From positions 1 to 53,949 of the forward strand of contig CAYHDY010000001.1 in NCBI GenBank assembly GCA_964355525.1: 53,949 nt of DNA, given 5' to 3'. Both the position numbers and the translations under genes were made by a program. Position 1 is the stretch's first letter. The number at the start of each line of letters is the position of its first letter. A model generated the notes under the pieces. The model was not told the DNA's origin, searched no databases, and saw nothing but the letters and a program-made list of their open reading frames with translations. The DNA is from an uncultured Gammaproteobacteria bacterium (GTDB lineage Bacteria; Patescibacteriota; Patescibacteriia; UBA9934; GWF2-40-263). Positions 1-7,804 of the stretch are shown here, one piece after another.

Positions 1-1
1 C

Positions 2-55
2 GGAATCGTTCTCGTCGTCGGCGCGTTTGTGTTGTCACTCTTTCGACCGAAGTAA
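2..55 (+). CDS. 3' end of an upstream ORF (partial; hydrophobic C-terminus GIVLVVGAFVLSLFRPK*)
   Basis: Frame is open from the window edge to TAA at 53-55. A hairpin plus T-run follows at 91-123. Confidence 0.3.
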   Translation, partial: GIVLVVGAFVLSLFRPK

Positions 56-90
56 ACGGAACGATTGATGTGCTTGCATCTCGGCCAGCT

Positions 91-123
91 CTTACACTGC
101 GATTCTCTCGCAGTGTTTTTTTA
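91..123 (+). terminator. Intrinsic terminator (acactgcg-attctct-cgcagtgt + T7)
   Basis: 8-bp stem followed by tttttttat. Near-identical copy at 723-755. Confidence 0.6.
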
Positions 124-135
124 TGAATCACAAGA

Positions 136-164
136 TTGACAAATTGCGCAGAAGTCTGTAAAAA
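136..164 (+). promoter_or_regulatory. Sigma70-like promoter, TTGACA-17-TAAAAA, for cdd
   Basis: TTGACA at 136-141, 17-nt spacer, TAAAAA at 159-164. GAAGGAGGA RBS lies before the ATG at 197. Confidence 0.45.
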
Positions 165-196
165 AATCTCGTCTTCAACTCGAAGGAGGAACGTCT

Positions 197-673
197 ATGT
201 TGGAAGTGATTGGTTTAATCACACCGTTCGAGGAGGTCCTGTTGCAACTGATCGAGGAGGCCAAACGGATACGTCTCAATGCTTATGCGCCTTACTCGCG
301 CTTCCAGGTCGGGACGGCCATCTATACGAACCGTGAGAATATTTACGTCGGGTGCAACGTCGAGTCTGCTGATTATGATGGCACGCACGCCGAGGAATCA
401 GCAATGAGCGCGATGGTGGGCGCAGGCGAGCGTTCACCACTTATCTACGTCACCATGGGCGGACTTGAAGGTGCGGAGCCAACGCTTACGGCTGCATGCG
501 GAAAGTGTCGTCAGAAGATCATGGAGTTTGCTTCGCTCTCTGGAAGGGATGCCATAATCATTATGTCGGCACGAACGGGAGGCAGCCCCCGTCTCGTCCC
601 GATCTCGAAGCTCCTTCTCGATTCGTTCGGCCCGGCTGACATCGGGATCGACGTCGAAAAGTATCGTCGCTAG
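197..673 (+). CDS. cdd: Cytidine deaminase
   Basis: Zinc-ligand motifs H-A-E (THAEESAM) and C-x-x-C (ACGKCRQKIMEF). Size 158 aa. Strong RBS. Confidence 0.85.
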   Translation: MLEVIGLITPFEEVLLQLIEEAKRIRLNAYAPYSRFQVGTAIYTNRENIYVGCNVESADYDGTHAEESAMSAMVGAGERSPLIYVTMGGLEGAEPTLTAACGKCRQKIMEFASLSGRDAIIIMSARTGGSPRLVPISKLLLDSFGPADIGIDVEKYRR

Positions 674-722
674 ACAACCTCTGTTCCTTCAAGTCTTCTT
701 CAAAGAAGTTTAAATCCATTTC

Positions 723-755
723 CTTACACCGCAATTCTCTCGCGGTGTTTTTTTA
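723..755 (+). terminator. Intrinsic terminator of cdd (acaccgc-aattctct-gcggtgt + T7)
   Basis: Hairpin plus T-run. Paralogous to 91-123, with a compensatory stem change. Confidence 0.6.
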
Positions 756-782
756 TCGACAAGGATCATCGATCGTGATTCA

Positions 783-811
783 TTGACACTCATCTATTTC
801 CATGATTCAAT
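783..811 (+). promoter_or_regulatory. Candidate promoter TTGACA-17-TTCAAT for the Nudix gene
   Basis: TTGACA at 783-788 and TTCAAT at 806-811. This implies the real start is the ATG at 843, not the TTG at 783. Confidence 0.35.
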
Positions 812-842
812 CCTTCCGCATTTGTCACAACGGAGGAAAGCA

Positions 843-1586
843 ATGCTGATGAAACGAATCTTGGAACTCGGAACGCAGAAGCCGCACGAAAAAGAACCGC
901 CAAATGCTTGGTTGTTCCGCGTGCTTGAACTCGATCCCCTCAAACAGTCAGGACTCGAGCTTCGATCTGCGGATGGTTGTCTCTATTATGGAGAGAAGGA
1001 TAGAGTCAATCATGATTACGTGCGTCTTCGTGGCGTAGAAGAAGAAGTTCGTCTCGCTGTGGAATCGTGGATGAAGTTCGGTTTGAATCCGGATGATCTG
1101 AATCGCGCGGTTTCGATCGTAATCTGTAATGAAGATCGTACGGCGTTTCTGTTGCAACGCAAAGACGAGAAACATCCGAACGAGGCATGTCGCGGTCGAT
1201 ACTCGCTTTTCGGCGGATCGCCTCACGTGGATGAACGTTCTCGAATGGCGGCGTATCGAGAACTGCTTGAAGAAATTCGTTTCGCGGAATTACGACGGAA
1301 ATTGATTTTACTCGATCGTGTCGGCGAACTCACCCTTCCATCTGTCCAGTGGTCCGGCCAGTATCTCTGCGAGATTTCCATTCTCGCGCTCCCGAACGCC
1401 TCGTTCATGCGGTTCGTCGAGTCCATCGCGTTTCAAGACGACATCGCCGAATCGATCGGTGCAGTCATCACGCGAAAAGAATTCGAACAGATTCTCTTGC
1501 CGCAAGAAGTTGCAAACCCGGGCCGGCACTTCCTCGCCTCGCACCATGAAGCGATCCGGGTCGTTCTCGAAGGCCGCCTCATCTGA
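843..1586 (+). CDS. Nudix hydrolase family protein with an uncharacterised N-terminal region
   Basis: Nudix box GGSPHVDERSRMAAYRELLEEIRF (GX5EX7REUXEEXGU). ATG at 843 is preceded by GGAGGAAAG. Confidence 0.7.
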   Translation: MLMKRILELGTQKPHEKEPPNAWLFRVLELDPLKQSGLELRSADGCLYYGEKDRVNHDYVRLRGVEEEVRLAVESWMKFGLNPDDLNRAVSIVICNEDRTAFLLQRKDEKHPNEACRGRYSLFGGSPHVDERSRMAAYRELLEEIRFAELRRKLILLDRVGELTLPSVQWSGQYLCEISILALPNASFMRFVESIAFQDDIAESIGAVITRKEFEQILLPQEVANPGRHFLASHHEAIRVVLEGRLI

Positions 1587-1616
1587 CATCGTCATCTGTC
1601 CATCGAACGTATCGGT

Positions 1617-1658
1617 GGATTTTTTTGTTCAAATAAAAAATCCATTCGCGGGGAATGG
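1617..1658. terminator. Bidirectional terminator region between convergent genes
   Basis: Hairpins ggatttttt/aaaaaatcc and ccattc/gaatgg, with T-runs readable on both strands. Confidence 0.4.
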
Positions 1659-1659
1659 A

Positions 1660-2130
1660 TCAGCTGGGAGATTTGCTTGCGGCCGGTTCATCGGGTTTGC
1701 GAACCCAGATTTGTGCAGCACTTTCGGTGGAGAATGTTTTCAGGACACTGTGTCCCAAGTCGTGCTCGCGACTGGTCCGTCTCTCTTGTCCTGGAAGCAG
1801 GAAGGCGAGGAAGCGGTCACTCTCGGATTCCGCTTTGTGCCAGATGACGACCATCGGCTCGTCGAACGAAAGTTCTAGGAGATTGCTGGTCGGATGCACA
1901 CACAGGTGAACGATCGTGCTTTTTGGAATCGCATGGAACCAGTCTTCGAGAGGTTCTTGCAGTTCGATCGATTCCGCCGCCGGAAGATGTCGGCCAAAGT
2001 AGCCGTACTTCGCAGGACTGTTCGGATCGAACATTTCCAGTTTTCGAATCATCGTGATGAACGGAATCGTTTCGCCATGCTTGAATTGTTTGAACGCGAT
2101 CCAGACAGGATTCGTTGGCGATGTTGTCAT
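1660..2130 (-). CDS. Hypothetical protein (156 aa)
   Basis: Long ORF with normal amino-acid composition. Convergent terminator downstream. No motif recognised. Confidence 0.55.
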   Translation of the reverse strand: MTTSPTNPVWIAFKQFKHGETIPFITMIRKLEMFDPNSPAKYGYFGRHLPAAESIELQEPLEDWFHAIPKSTIVHLCVHPTSNLLELSFDEPMVVIWHKAESESDRFLAFLLPGQERRTSREHDLGHSVLKTFSTESAAQIWVRKPDEPAASKSPS

Positions 2131-2251
2131 CTCGTTCTCCTTTTTTTTCGTTGACGTTTTCGAATGGAGCGAGATGACAGTCTCATTTTATTTTGGGTTT
2201 GTCAATGAACTCGCGTAAATAAAAAATCCACTCGGCAAAGAGCGGAATGAG

Positions 2252-2746
2252 TCAGGACGATGTCGGGAGAGGGGAGAGTTCCCGTTTTTCGATCGGGGGC
2301 GGATTGCCCGGGACGAGAAAGAGATAGCCGATGATTAGGAGTATCGCGGCAATGCTGGCGTTCAAAAGGGGTAACGTTTCTTCGAAGATGCAATTGGTCA
2401 GTTGATAACACGCGACGAATTTGTAGATCCGAGCAACGCGCACCACGTACTGCGGAACCGAGTTGCCCAATCGCTCATTCAATCGATCTTGACGCTGCAC
2501 GACCCACTGAAGAAACCAGCTTAGGATGACGATGAACGCAATCAAATCTCCCATGACTGGTCTTTTTTGGATTTGCGCATGCAAGATTTCTTTGGTTGCT
2601 GCGCTGGCCGCGAAGAAAAACCAGACGACGTATCGCTGCATCGAAACCGTGAAGCCGAACTCGCGATGCAGGAAGTGCGATCCTCGCGTGATGTGCGTTT
2701 GAATCCACATGTCCGCATCGATGATGAATCGAACGAGTGATCTCAT
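2252..2746 (-). CDS. Hypothetical membrane protein (164 aa)
   Basis: Start trimmed to the ATG at 2746 (AAGGAT RBS; the promoter lies inside the longer ORF). Hydrophobic segments VVWFFFAASAA, LIAFIVILSWFL and IAAILLIIGYLFLV. Confidence 0.5.
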   Translation of the reverse strand: MRSLVRFIIDADMWIQTHITRGSHFLHREFGFTVSMQRYVVWFFFAASAATKEILHAQIQKRPVMGDLIAFIVILSWFLQWVVQRQDRLNERLGNSVPQYVVRVARIYKFVACYQLTNCIFEETLPLLNASIAAILLIIGYLFLVPGNPPPIEKRELSPLPTSS

Positions 2747-2783
2747 GTCATTCTTATCCTTCGTTCGAAGTGAACGCGTGAAA

Positions 2784-2812
2784 ACCCTATTCGATTTTTT
2801 CTTTTTTGTCAA
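2784..2812 (-). promoter_or_regulatory. Candidate promoter TTGACA-17-TAGGGT (minus strand) with an adjacent 18-nt perfect palindrome at 2812-2829
   Basis: The reverse complement reads TTGACA aaaaagaaaaaatcgaa TAGGGT. The palindrome acccggcagctgccgggt abuts the -35 element. Confidence 0.35.
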
Positions 2813-2831
2813 CCCGGCAGCTGCCGGGTCA

Positions 2832-2862
2832 ATACAAAACACCCGCCATTACTGACGGGTGC
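2832..2862 (-). terminator. Intrinsic terminator of the HU gene
   Basis: The minus strand reads cacccg-tcagtaatgg-cgggtg followed by ttttgtatt. Confidence 0.55.
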
Positions 2863-2873
2863 ACTTGTTTCGA

Positions 2874-3164
2874 TTAAATCGTGCGCTTGCCTTTCAACGT
2901 ATCTTTCAATGCTTTTCCCGCTTTAAATTTTGGGACAATTACGGATGGGATGTTGATTGGTTCGCTCGGTTTCTGTGGATTTACACCAATACGTCCTTTG
3001 CGCTCACGCGCACTGAACGTTCCGAATCCGGCGATAGTAACTTCGCCGCCTTTTGAGAGTTCACGTGTGACGATCTCTTCAAACAAGGCGATGAAATCAT
3101 CTCCCAATTTTTTTGAGATCTGCAATTTTTCCGCGATCTGCGTCGCGAGTTCAGCTTTGTTCAT
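2874..3164 (-). CDS. hup: HU family DNA-binding protein
   Basis: MNKAELATQIAEK..., GFGTFSARERKGRIGVNPQ and PKFKAGKALKD are typical HU/IHF motifs. Size 96 aa. Confidence 0.9.
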   Translation of the reverse strand: MNKAELATQIAEKLQISKKLGDDFIALFEEIVTRELSKGGEVTIAGFGTFSARERKGRIGVNPQKPSEPINIPSVIVPKFKAGKALKDTLKGKRTI

Positions 3165-3185
3165 ATTGCATTTATTCTACACGAT

Positions 3186-4745
3186 TTACCGTGCGTACTC
3201 AATAACACGTGTCTCTCGAATGATGGTGACTTTGATTTCACCTGGATAGCTGAGTTCAGATTCAATTTTATTCGCGATGTCTTTTGCAAGTTGGTATGAA
3301 GCGAGATCTGTAATTTTTTCTGGATGAATGAAGACACGCACTTCACGTCCGGCTTGAATCGCGTAGACTTTTTCCACGCCTTCAAATCCGCTCGCAGTGC
3401 GTTCCAATTCTTCCATGCGCTGAATAAAGTTTTCAAGGGATTGCTTGCGCGCTCCCGGCCGCGCACCACTGATCGCATCCGCCGCTTTCACAATCGAACC
3501 TTCGACGGTGCGTGGACGATCCTCATGATGGGCGATGGATTGATAACAAATTTCTTCCGGGAATCCGAATTTCTTCATGATGTTGTAGCCGATTTCTGGA
3601 TGTGCACCCTGCATATCGTGATCAACCGCTTTTCCAATGTCATGAAAGAGTCCTCCTTTTTTACAGACAAACACATCCGCACCGAGTTCTTCTGCCATCA
3701 TTCCCGCAAGGGTTCCAACTTCGATGGAGTGTTGCAAAGCGTTTTGTCCGTAACTGGTACGGAACTTCATGCGGCCTAAAATCGAAACGAGCTTCGGATC
3801 GATGGAAGAAACAGGAATTCCGAGTTGATACAACGCATCTTCTCCGGTCTTCTTAAGTTCTTGTGCGAGAGATTTCTTTGCCTCGGTAACAGATTCTTCG
3901 ATGCGGGCCGGATGAATGCGTCCGTCTTTGATGAGCGCATCAAGTGCGCGTTTCGCAACCTGGCGACGAATAGGGGAGAAACCGCTGATGGTAATAATCG
4001 ACGGTGTGTCATCCACAATGATTTCTGTTCCCGTCAAAAGTTCAATGGCTTTAATGTTACGTCCTTCTTTTCCGATGATGCGTCCTTTCATTTCATCGTT
4101 TGGAAGTTCAACAGCGGTTGTGGTTGTGTCGACGGACACGGACGAAGAGAATCGCGTGATCGCAAGGGAAAGTAATTTGCGTGATTTGATTTCCACTTCT
4201 TCTTCGGTGATCTCATCCATCTTACGCATGCGACTCATGAGCGCTTCTGAAGAATCCACTTCGATTTGTTTCATCAACTTTTCTTCCGCCTGTTCTTTTG
4301 TTAATTGAGCGACGGCTTGCAGTTTCAATTGTTGTTCGTGCTTCAATGTCTCGATGTTCGTTTTAACATCTTCGACTTGTTTCAATTGTTCTTCGAGACG
4401 TGTTTTCTTATCTTCAATCTCGATCAGTTTTTGATCGAACATCGTTTCACGTTTCTCTAATCGTTTCTGTTGTTCTTGGATGTCACGACGTTGAACTTGT
4501 TCTTCCTGCTTTGCGTCTTCAATGACTTTGAACGCTTTTTCTTTTGCCTCGATTAACAATTCTTGTTGCTTGCTTTTTGCCTCGTTCAGCATCTCTTGTT
4601 GTTTGGTTTTGGTCTCCGTCAGAATTTTTTCCGCCTTGTTCTCTGCGTCATCGGCCATGCGGGAGGCTTGTGCTTTTCTGTACACATACCCACCAACCGC
4701 ACCACCTCCGAGCCCGAGAACGAGCAGAAGGATCGAAATAAACAT
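3186..4745 (-). CDS. rny: Ribonuclease Y
   Basis: N-terminal TM helix, long coiled coil, KH region (GRIIGKEGRNIKAIE) and HD domain (LFHDIGKAVDH, HHEDRP). Size 519 aa. Confidence 0.9.
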   Translation of the reverse strand: MFISILLLVLGLGGGAVGGYVYRKAQASRMADDAENKAEKILTETKTKQQEMLNEAKSKQQELLIEAKEKAFKVIEDAKQEEQVQRRDIQEQQKRLEKRETMFDQKLIEIEDKKTRLEEQLKQVEDVKTNIETLKHEQQLKLQAVAQLTKEQAEEKLMKQIEVDSSEALMSRMRKMDEITEEEVEIKSRKLLSLAITRFSSSVSVDTTTTAVELPNDEMKGRIIGKEGRNIKAIELLTGTEIIVDDTPSIITISGFSPIRRQVAKRALDALIKDGRIHPARIEESVTEAKKSLAQELKKTGEDALYQLGIPVSSIDPKLVSILGRMKFRTSYGQNALQHSIEVGTLAGMMAEELGADVFVCKKGGLFHDIGKAVDHDMQGAHPEIGYNIMKKFGFPEEICYQSIAHHEDRPRTVEGSIVKAADAISGARPGARKQSLENFIQRMEELERTASGFEGVEKVYAIQAGREVRVFIHPEKITDLASYQLAKDIANKIESELSYPGEIKVTIIRETRVIEYAR

Positions 4746-4971
4746 AGATAAAAACTTCTCGAACTCCGAGAAGCTTGAAAGACGCGCTCGTCATGGACGA
4801 GGCAATGTATGTGATTGTTTGTCTAAATTATCGCAAAAACAATCCTGAAAACTTCAGGGAGTCGAGAGAAAGAGGAAACAGAAAGTTTTTTTGCAAATAA
4901 TCCATAAACAGTCAGACACAGGCGTCACAGGCTTCAAGGAAGAACAGTTACATCAATAATTACGTGTAAAC

Positions 4972-5000
4972 ACAGTATCAAAATCGAGAAGGAGTGTCAA
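4972..5000 (-). promoter_or_regulatory. Candidate rny promoter TTGACA-17-TACTGT (minus strand)
   Basis: The reverse complement of 4972-5000 reads TTGACA ctccttctcgattttga TACTGT. This implies a 5' UTR of roughly 220 nt. Confidence 0.4.
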
Positions 5001-5016
5001 AGACATGTGCACAGAA

Positions 5017-5044
5017 ATAAAAAACAGCGAATCGCTTCGCTGTT
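5017..5044 (-). terminator. Intrinsic terminator of the lemA-TPM operon
   Basis: The minus strand reads aacagcga-agcgat-tcgctgtt followed by tttttt. Confidence 0.6.
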
Positions 5045-5060
5045 GAGGAAAGAATTACTG

Positions 5061-5819
5061 TCAGTCGTCTCCGCCTCCGCCACCACCGCCGGAATCACCT
5101 CCGCCGAATCCGTCGAATGAGCTTCCGCCGGAATCACCTCCGCTGAACCATCCTCCGCCGCTTCCGCCTGATGAGTATCCACCACCTCTGTTTCTGCGCC
5201 GAGCGTCTATCCATGCGAGGAAAAAGACAACGACGATGAGCAGGATGAGGAAAACCAGAAGCCAAAGGGCAAGTGAAGTGGTTGGATCAACTTTCTTCTC
5301 TTTTGGCGTTGTGGGTCGCTGTGCCCACGGGGTGTCGCCGAGCTTTTCCATGATGGCCTGCACTCCGGCCACAACCGCTTCCGCACGTTTTTCTTGCTGA
5401 TTGAGTGGGTGCATGGCTTTCGCGATGATGTGTTTGCAATCCACATCCGTGAGCCAGCCTTGAATGCCATAACCGGTCGCGATCCACGCCTTTTTCTCGG
5501 GCGGGGGAACAACGAGGAGCAGAACGCCGTTGTCCTGACCTTGCTTGCCGATGCGCCATCGTTTCCAAATGCCCTGCGCGTAATCATTCGGTTCCTGACC
5601 TTGCAGACTCGGAACGATGAGCACGGCGATCTCGATCGATGTCGAGTCGCGGTAGATGCGGAGCGTTGCCTCGAGCTTTGCGGACATGTCCGGAGGAAGC
5701 AAGCCCGCGATGTCCGTGACCATTCCAGTCGGAAGCGGGTAGTCCGCGAACGCGGAAGGGACAACGAGGCAGGTGACGAGTGCGAGAAGCGCAATGATGT
5801 GTCGCATGGGTGACCTCAC
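5061..5819 (-). CDS. TPM-domain (YgcG-like) protein with a Gly-rich C-terminal tail
   Basis: Signal peptide. TPM-type segment VTDIAGLLPPDMSAKLEATLRIYRDSTSIEIAVLIVPSLQG. One TM helix, then a GGGYSSGGSGGGW...GGGGGGDD tail. Confidence 0.8.
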   Translation of the reverse strand: MRSPMRHIIALLALVTCLVVPSAFADYPLPTGMVTDIAGLLPPDMSAKLEATLRIYRDSTSIEIAVLIVPSLQGQEPNDYAQGIWKRWRIGKQGQDNGVLLLVVPPPEKKAWIATGYGIQGWLTDVDCKHIIAKAMHPLNQQEKRAEAVVAGVQAIMEKLGDTPWAQRPTTPKEKKVDPTTSLALWLLVFLILLIVVVFFLAWIDARRRNRGGGYSSGGSGGGWFSGGDSGGSSFDGFGGGDSGGGGGGGDD

Positions 5820-6409
5820 TTGAAGTCGATGGACGGAGCTTTCTCCGAACCGACGTCCGCTTGGAAGGGCTTGCGATCCGTTCGCCCGCCCGCGCCCATG
5901 CTTCCCGGGAACACATGGATGCTCGTGTTGTACGCGGCGACCGCATCGTTGTAGTCATGCCGCGCTTTCTGGATCCGGTTCTCGGTTCCTTCGAGCTGCG
6001 TCATGAAATCGCGATACGCTTCCGTTGCCTTCAGGTTCGGATAGTTCTCCGCGACCGCGAGCAGGCGACTCATCGAAGACTTCAGGCCGTCTTGCGCTTG
6101 CGCGAACGCCTTCATCTTCTCCGGATTGTCGAGGTCTGCGGCTTCGATCTTGATCGTGCTGATCTTGGCGCGTGCCTCCGTGATTTCCGTGAACACCTTT
6201 TCCTCGAACTGTGCCGCGCCCTTGACCGTCTTCACGAGATTCGGGATCAGATCGACGCGCCGTTGGTACGAAGTTTCGACATCGCCCCACTTGGCGCCGA
6301 CGACCTGTTCGTTTCGGACCATTGAGTTGCTGGCCGAGATCAGGACGAAGATGAAGATGATGACACCACCGATGACACCACCGATCAACCATTTTGCATT
6401 CATGAGCAT
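5816..6409 (-). CDS. lemA: LemA family protein
   Basis: N-terminal TM helix. LemA-type motifs ENYPNLKA and DYNDAVAAYNTSIHVFPG. ATGA-type overlap with the downstream TPM gene. Confidence 0.85.
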   Translation of the reverse strand: MLMNAKWLIGGVIGGVIIFIFVLISASNSMVRNEQVVGAKWGDVETSYQRRVDLIPNLVKTVKGAAQFEEKVFTEITEARAKISTIKIEAADLDNPEKMKAFAQAQDGLKSSMSRLLAVAENYPNLKATEAYRDFMTQLEGTENRIQKARHDYNDAVAAYNTSIHVFPGSMGAGGRTDRKPFQADVGSEKAPSIDFK

Positions 6410-6515
6410 CTCCTTAGGGTCGACACGTGTGTAAAACAGACCATCTGATCCACCTCACGTGTATCCAGGCATTCGTGCACTGGACGCGGAATTGTATGTT
6501 GAAAACCCCTTTGTG

Positions 6516-7220
6516 TCAAGGGAGTCGGGCGAGAAATGGTTCGATATTGATAAGATTTTTTGAAACGGAATCGGGATCAAGTTTATTGAGAATCAATGCT
6601 TCATCAACATGAAACGGTCCGATGGATGTCCGACGAAGTGTCTCAACATATCCGCCGGTTCCAAGTTTTACACCGAGATCGCGAGCGATAGATCGGATGT
6701 ATGTTCCCGAGGAACAGTGAATTGTAACTCCGATATGGGTGGGGTCTCCAGACCCCGCTTGATATTCAATCGAATAAATCGTCACATGCCGCGGCGCAAC
6801 CAACATCGGTTTCCCCTCGCGCGCAAGTTCATACAATTTTTTTCCTTGCACCTTGATCGCCGCATACGTCGGCGGCACCTGATCAATTTCTCCGACGAAT
6901 GATTTCAGTGCACTCGCCACTCCCTCCCCTGAGAGGGGGAGGGTCGGGGAGAGGGGTTGTGTAATCATTCCCGTCACATCATCCGTATCCGAACTCGCGC
7001 CCAACACAAACGTCGCTTCATATCGTTTATCAAGTCCAACCAGTTTCTGCATCTCTCGTGTCGCTTCACGCCCAACGCCAACCAAAAGCAATCCCGTTGC
7101 AAACGGATCGAGCGTGCCGGCGTGTCCGATGCGTTTCACACCCGTGATACGTCGCAATCGTGCGATCACATCGTGCGAGGTGATGCCGGCGGGTTTGTCG
7201 ATGAGAAGGAAACCGATCAT
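6516..7220 (-). CDS. truB: tRNA pseudouridine(55) synthase TruB
   Basis: GFLLIDKPAGITSHDV, HAGTLDPFATGLL and QVPPTYAAIKVQGKKLYELAREG. Start trimmed to MIGFLL. Contains a palindromic element at 6921-6956. Confidence 0.85.
   Translation of the reverse strand: MIGFLLIDKPAGITSHDVIARLRRITGVKRIGHAGTLDPFATGLLLVGVGREATREMQKLVGLDKRYEATFVLGASSDTDDVTGMITQPLSPTLPLSGEGVASALKSFVGEIDQVPPTYAAIKVQGKKLYELAREGKPMLVAPRHVTIYSIEYQAGSGDPTHIGVTIHCSSGTYIRSIARDLGVKLGTGGYVETLRRTSIGPFHVDEALILNKLDPDSVSKNLINIEPFLARLP
6921..6956. repeat. Palindromic element family C inside truB (translated on the minus strand as PLSPTLPLSGEG)
   Basis: tccctcccc-tgaga-gggggaggg-tcgg-ggagagggg. Same architecture as 24451-24486 and 32961-33030. 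Confidence 0.65.
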
Positions 7221-7227
7221 AACGTAT

Positions 7228-7253
7228 TCGTAGGGGCGGGTCTTGTGTCCGCC
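7228..7253. repeat. Hairpin element family D (tcgtaggggcggg-tcttgtgt-ccgccc)
   Basis: Shares the 5' motif TTCGTAGGGG plus a GC hairpin with 9855-9883. Confidence 0.5.
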
Positions 7254-7363
7254 CTTGTGAATGTGAATCGAATAATAATCCGATGATACGCGAGCGGGGA
7301 TCGTTTGACAAAAATGGGTGTATCGACAAGAATCATCATGCAACCAAATCATCTGGAGGTCAT

Positions 7364-7708
7364 ATGTTGCGTTTGCTCATTCTTCTGACGCTTTATCCCG
7401 AGGAAAAAAAGAGTAACCCTGATGGGTCTGTCGGGAACGGTCAAATTCAATATTCGATCGAAGGATTACTTCGTACGGTGAGGAAGGTCGTTGAAGAGAA
7501 TCTTTTGACTCTCGATCGAAAAATCCTTGACGATTTCGATTTGGTCATTCGAGAGATGCTTGAAAACGGAACGTTGAACGTTATGAACGGAACGGTTCGC
7601 ATCGCTCCTCTCGGAGAGGGTTTTCATAAACTCGAATCAAATCGGTTTTTGCGGTTTGTATGCGAACACGGGAAAGAAATTCAATTCAATGATGCTAAGA
7701 ATACGTAA
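7364..7708 (+). CDS. Hypothetical protein (114 aa)
   Basis: ATG at 7364 is preceded by GGAGG. Intrinsic terminator at 7723-7746. No motif recognised. Confidence 0.5.
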   Translation: MLRLLILLTLYPEEKKSNPDGSVGNGQIQYSIEGLLRTVRKVVEENLLTLDRKILDDFDLVIREMLENGTLNVMNGTVRIAPLGEGFHKLESNRFLRFVCEHGKEIQFNDAKNT

Positions 7709-7722
7709 TTTCATGCTTCTCA

Positions 7723-7746
7723 ATCTGCTCTCAAGCAGATTTTTTC
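7723..7746 (+). terminator. Intrinsic terminator
   Basis: atctgct-ctca-agcagat followed by ttttt. Confidence 0.6.
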
Positions 7747-7764
7747 TTTTCCAGCGGCTTTTCA

Positions 7765-7793
7765 TTGACCTCCCCGTCTTTTCCTTATATACT
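7765..7793 (+). promoter_or_regulatory. Promoter TTGACC-17-TATACT for infB (near-leaderless)
   Basis: TTGACC at 7765-7770 and TATACT at 7788-7793. The infB ATG at 7805 is only 11 nt after the -10 element, with no SD sequence. Confidence 0.5.
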
Positions 7794-7804
7794 CCCGATT
7801 AACT

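Noticed and set aside
2263-2278. tcgggagaggggagag at the 3' end of the 164-aa membrane-protein gene, as a further family C copy.
   Set aside because: Only the tail-like half is present and there is no hairpin partner. It is too short to distinguish from a chance G-rich run, so I did not call it.
5065-5170. Repetitive GGC/GGA-rich DNA at the 3' end of the TPM gene.
   Set aside because: It encodes the Gly/Ser-rich C-terminal tail that is typical of YgcG/TPM-family proteins. It is a low-complexity coding repeat, not a mobile element.
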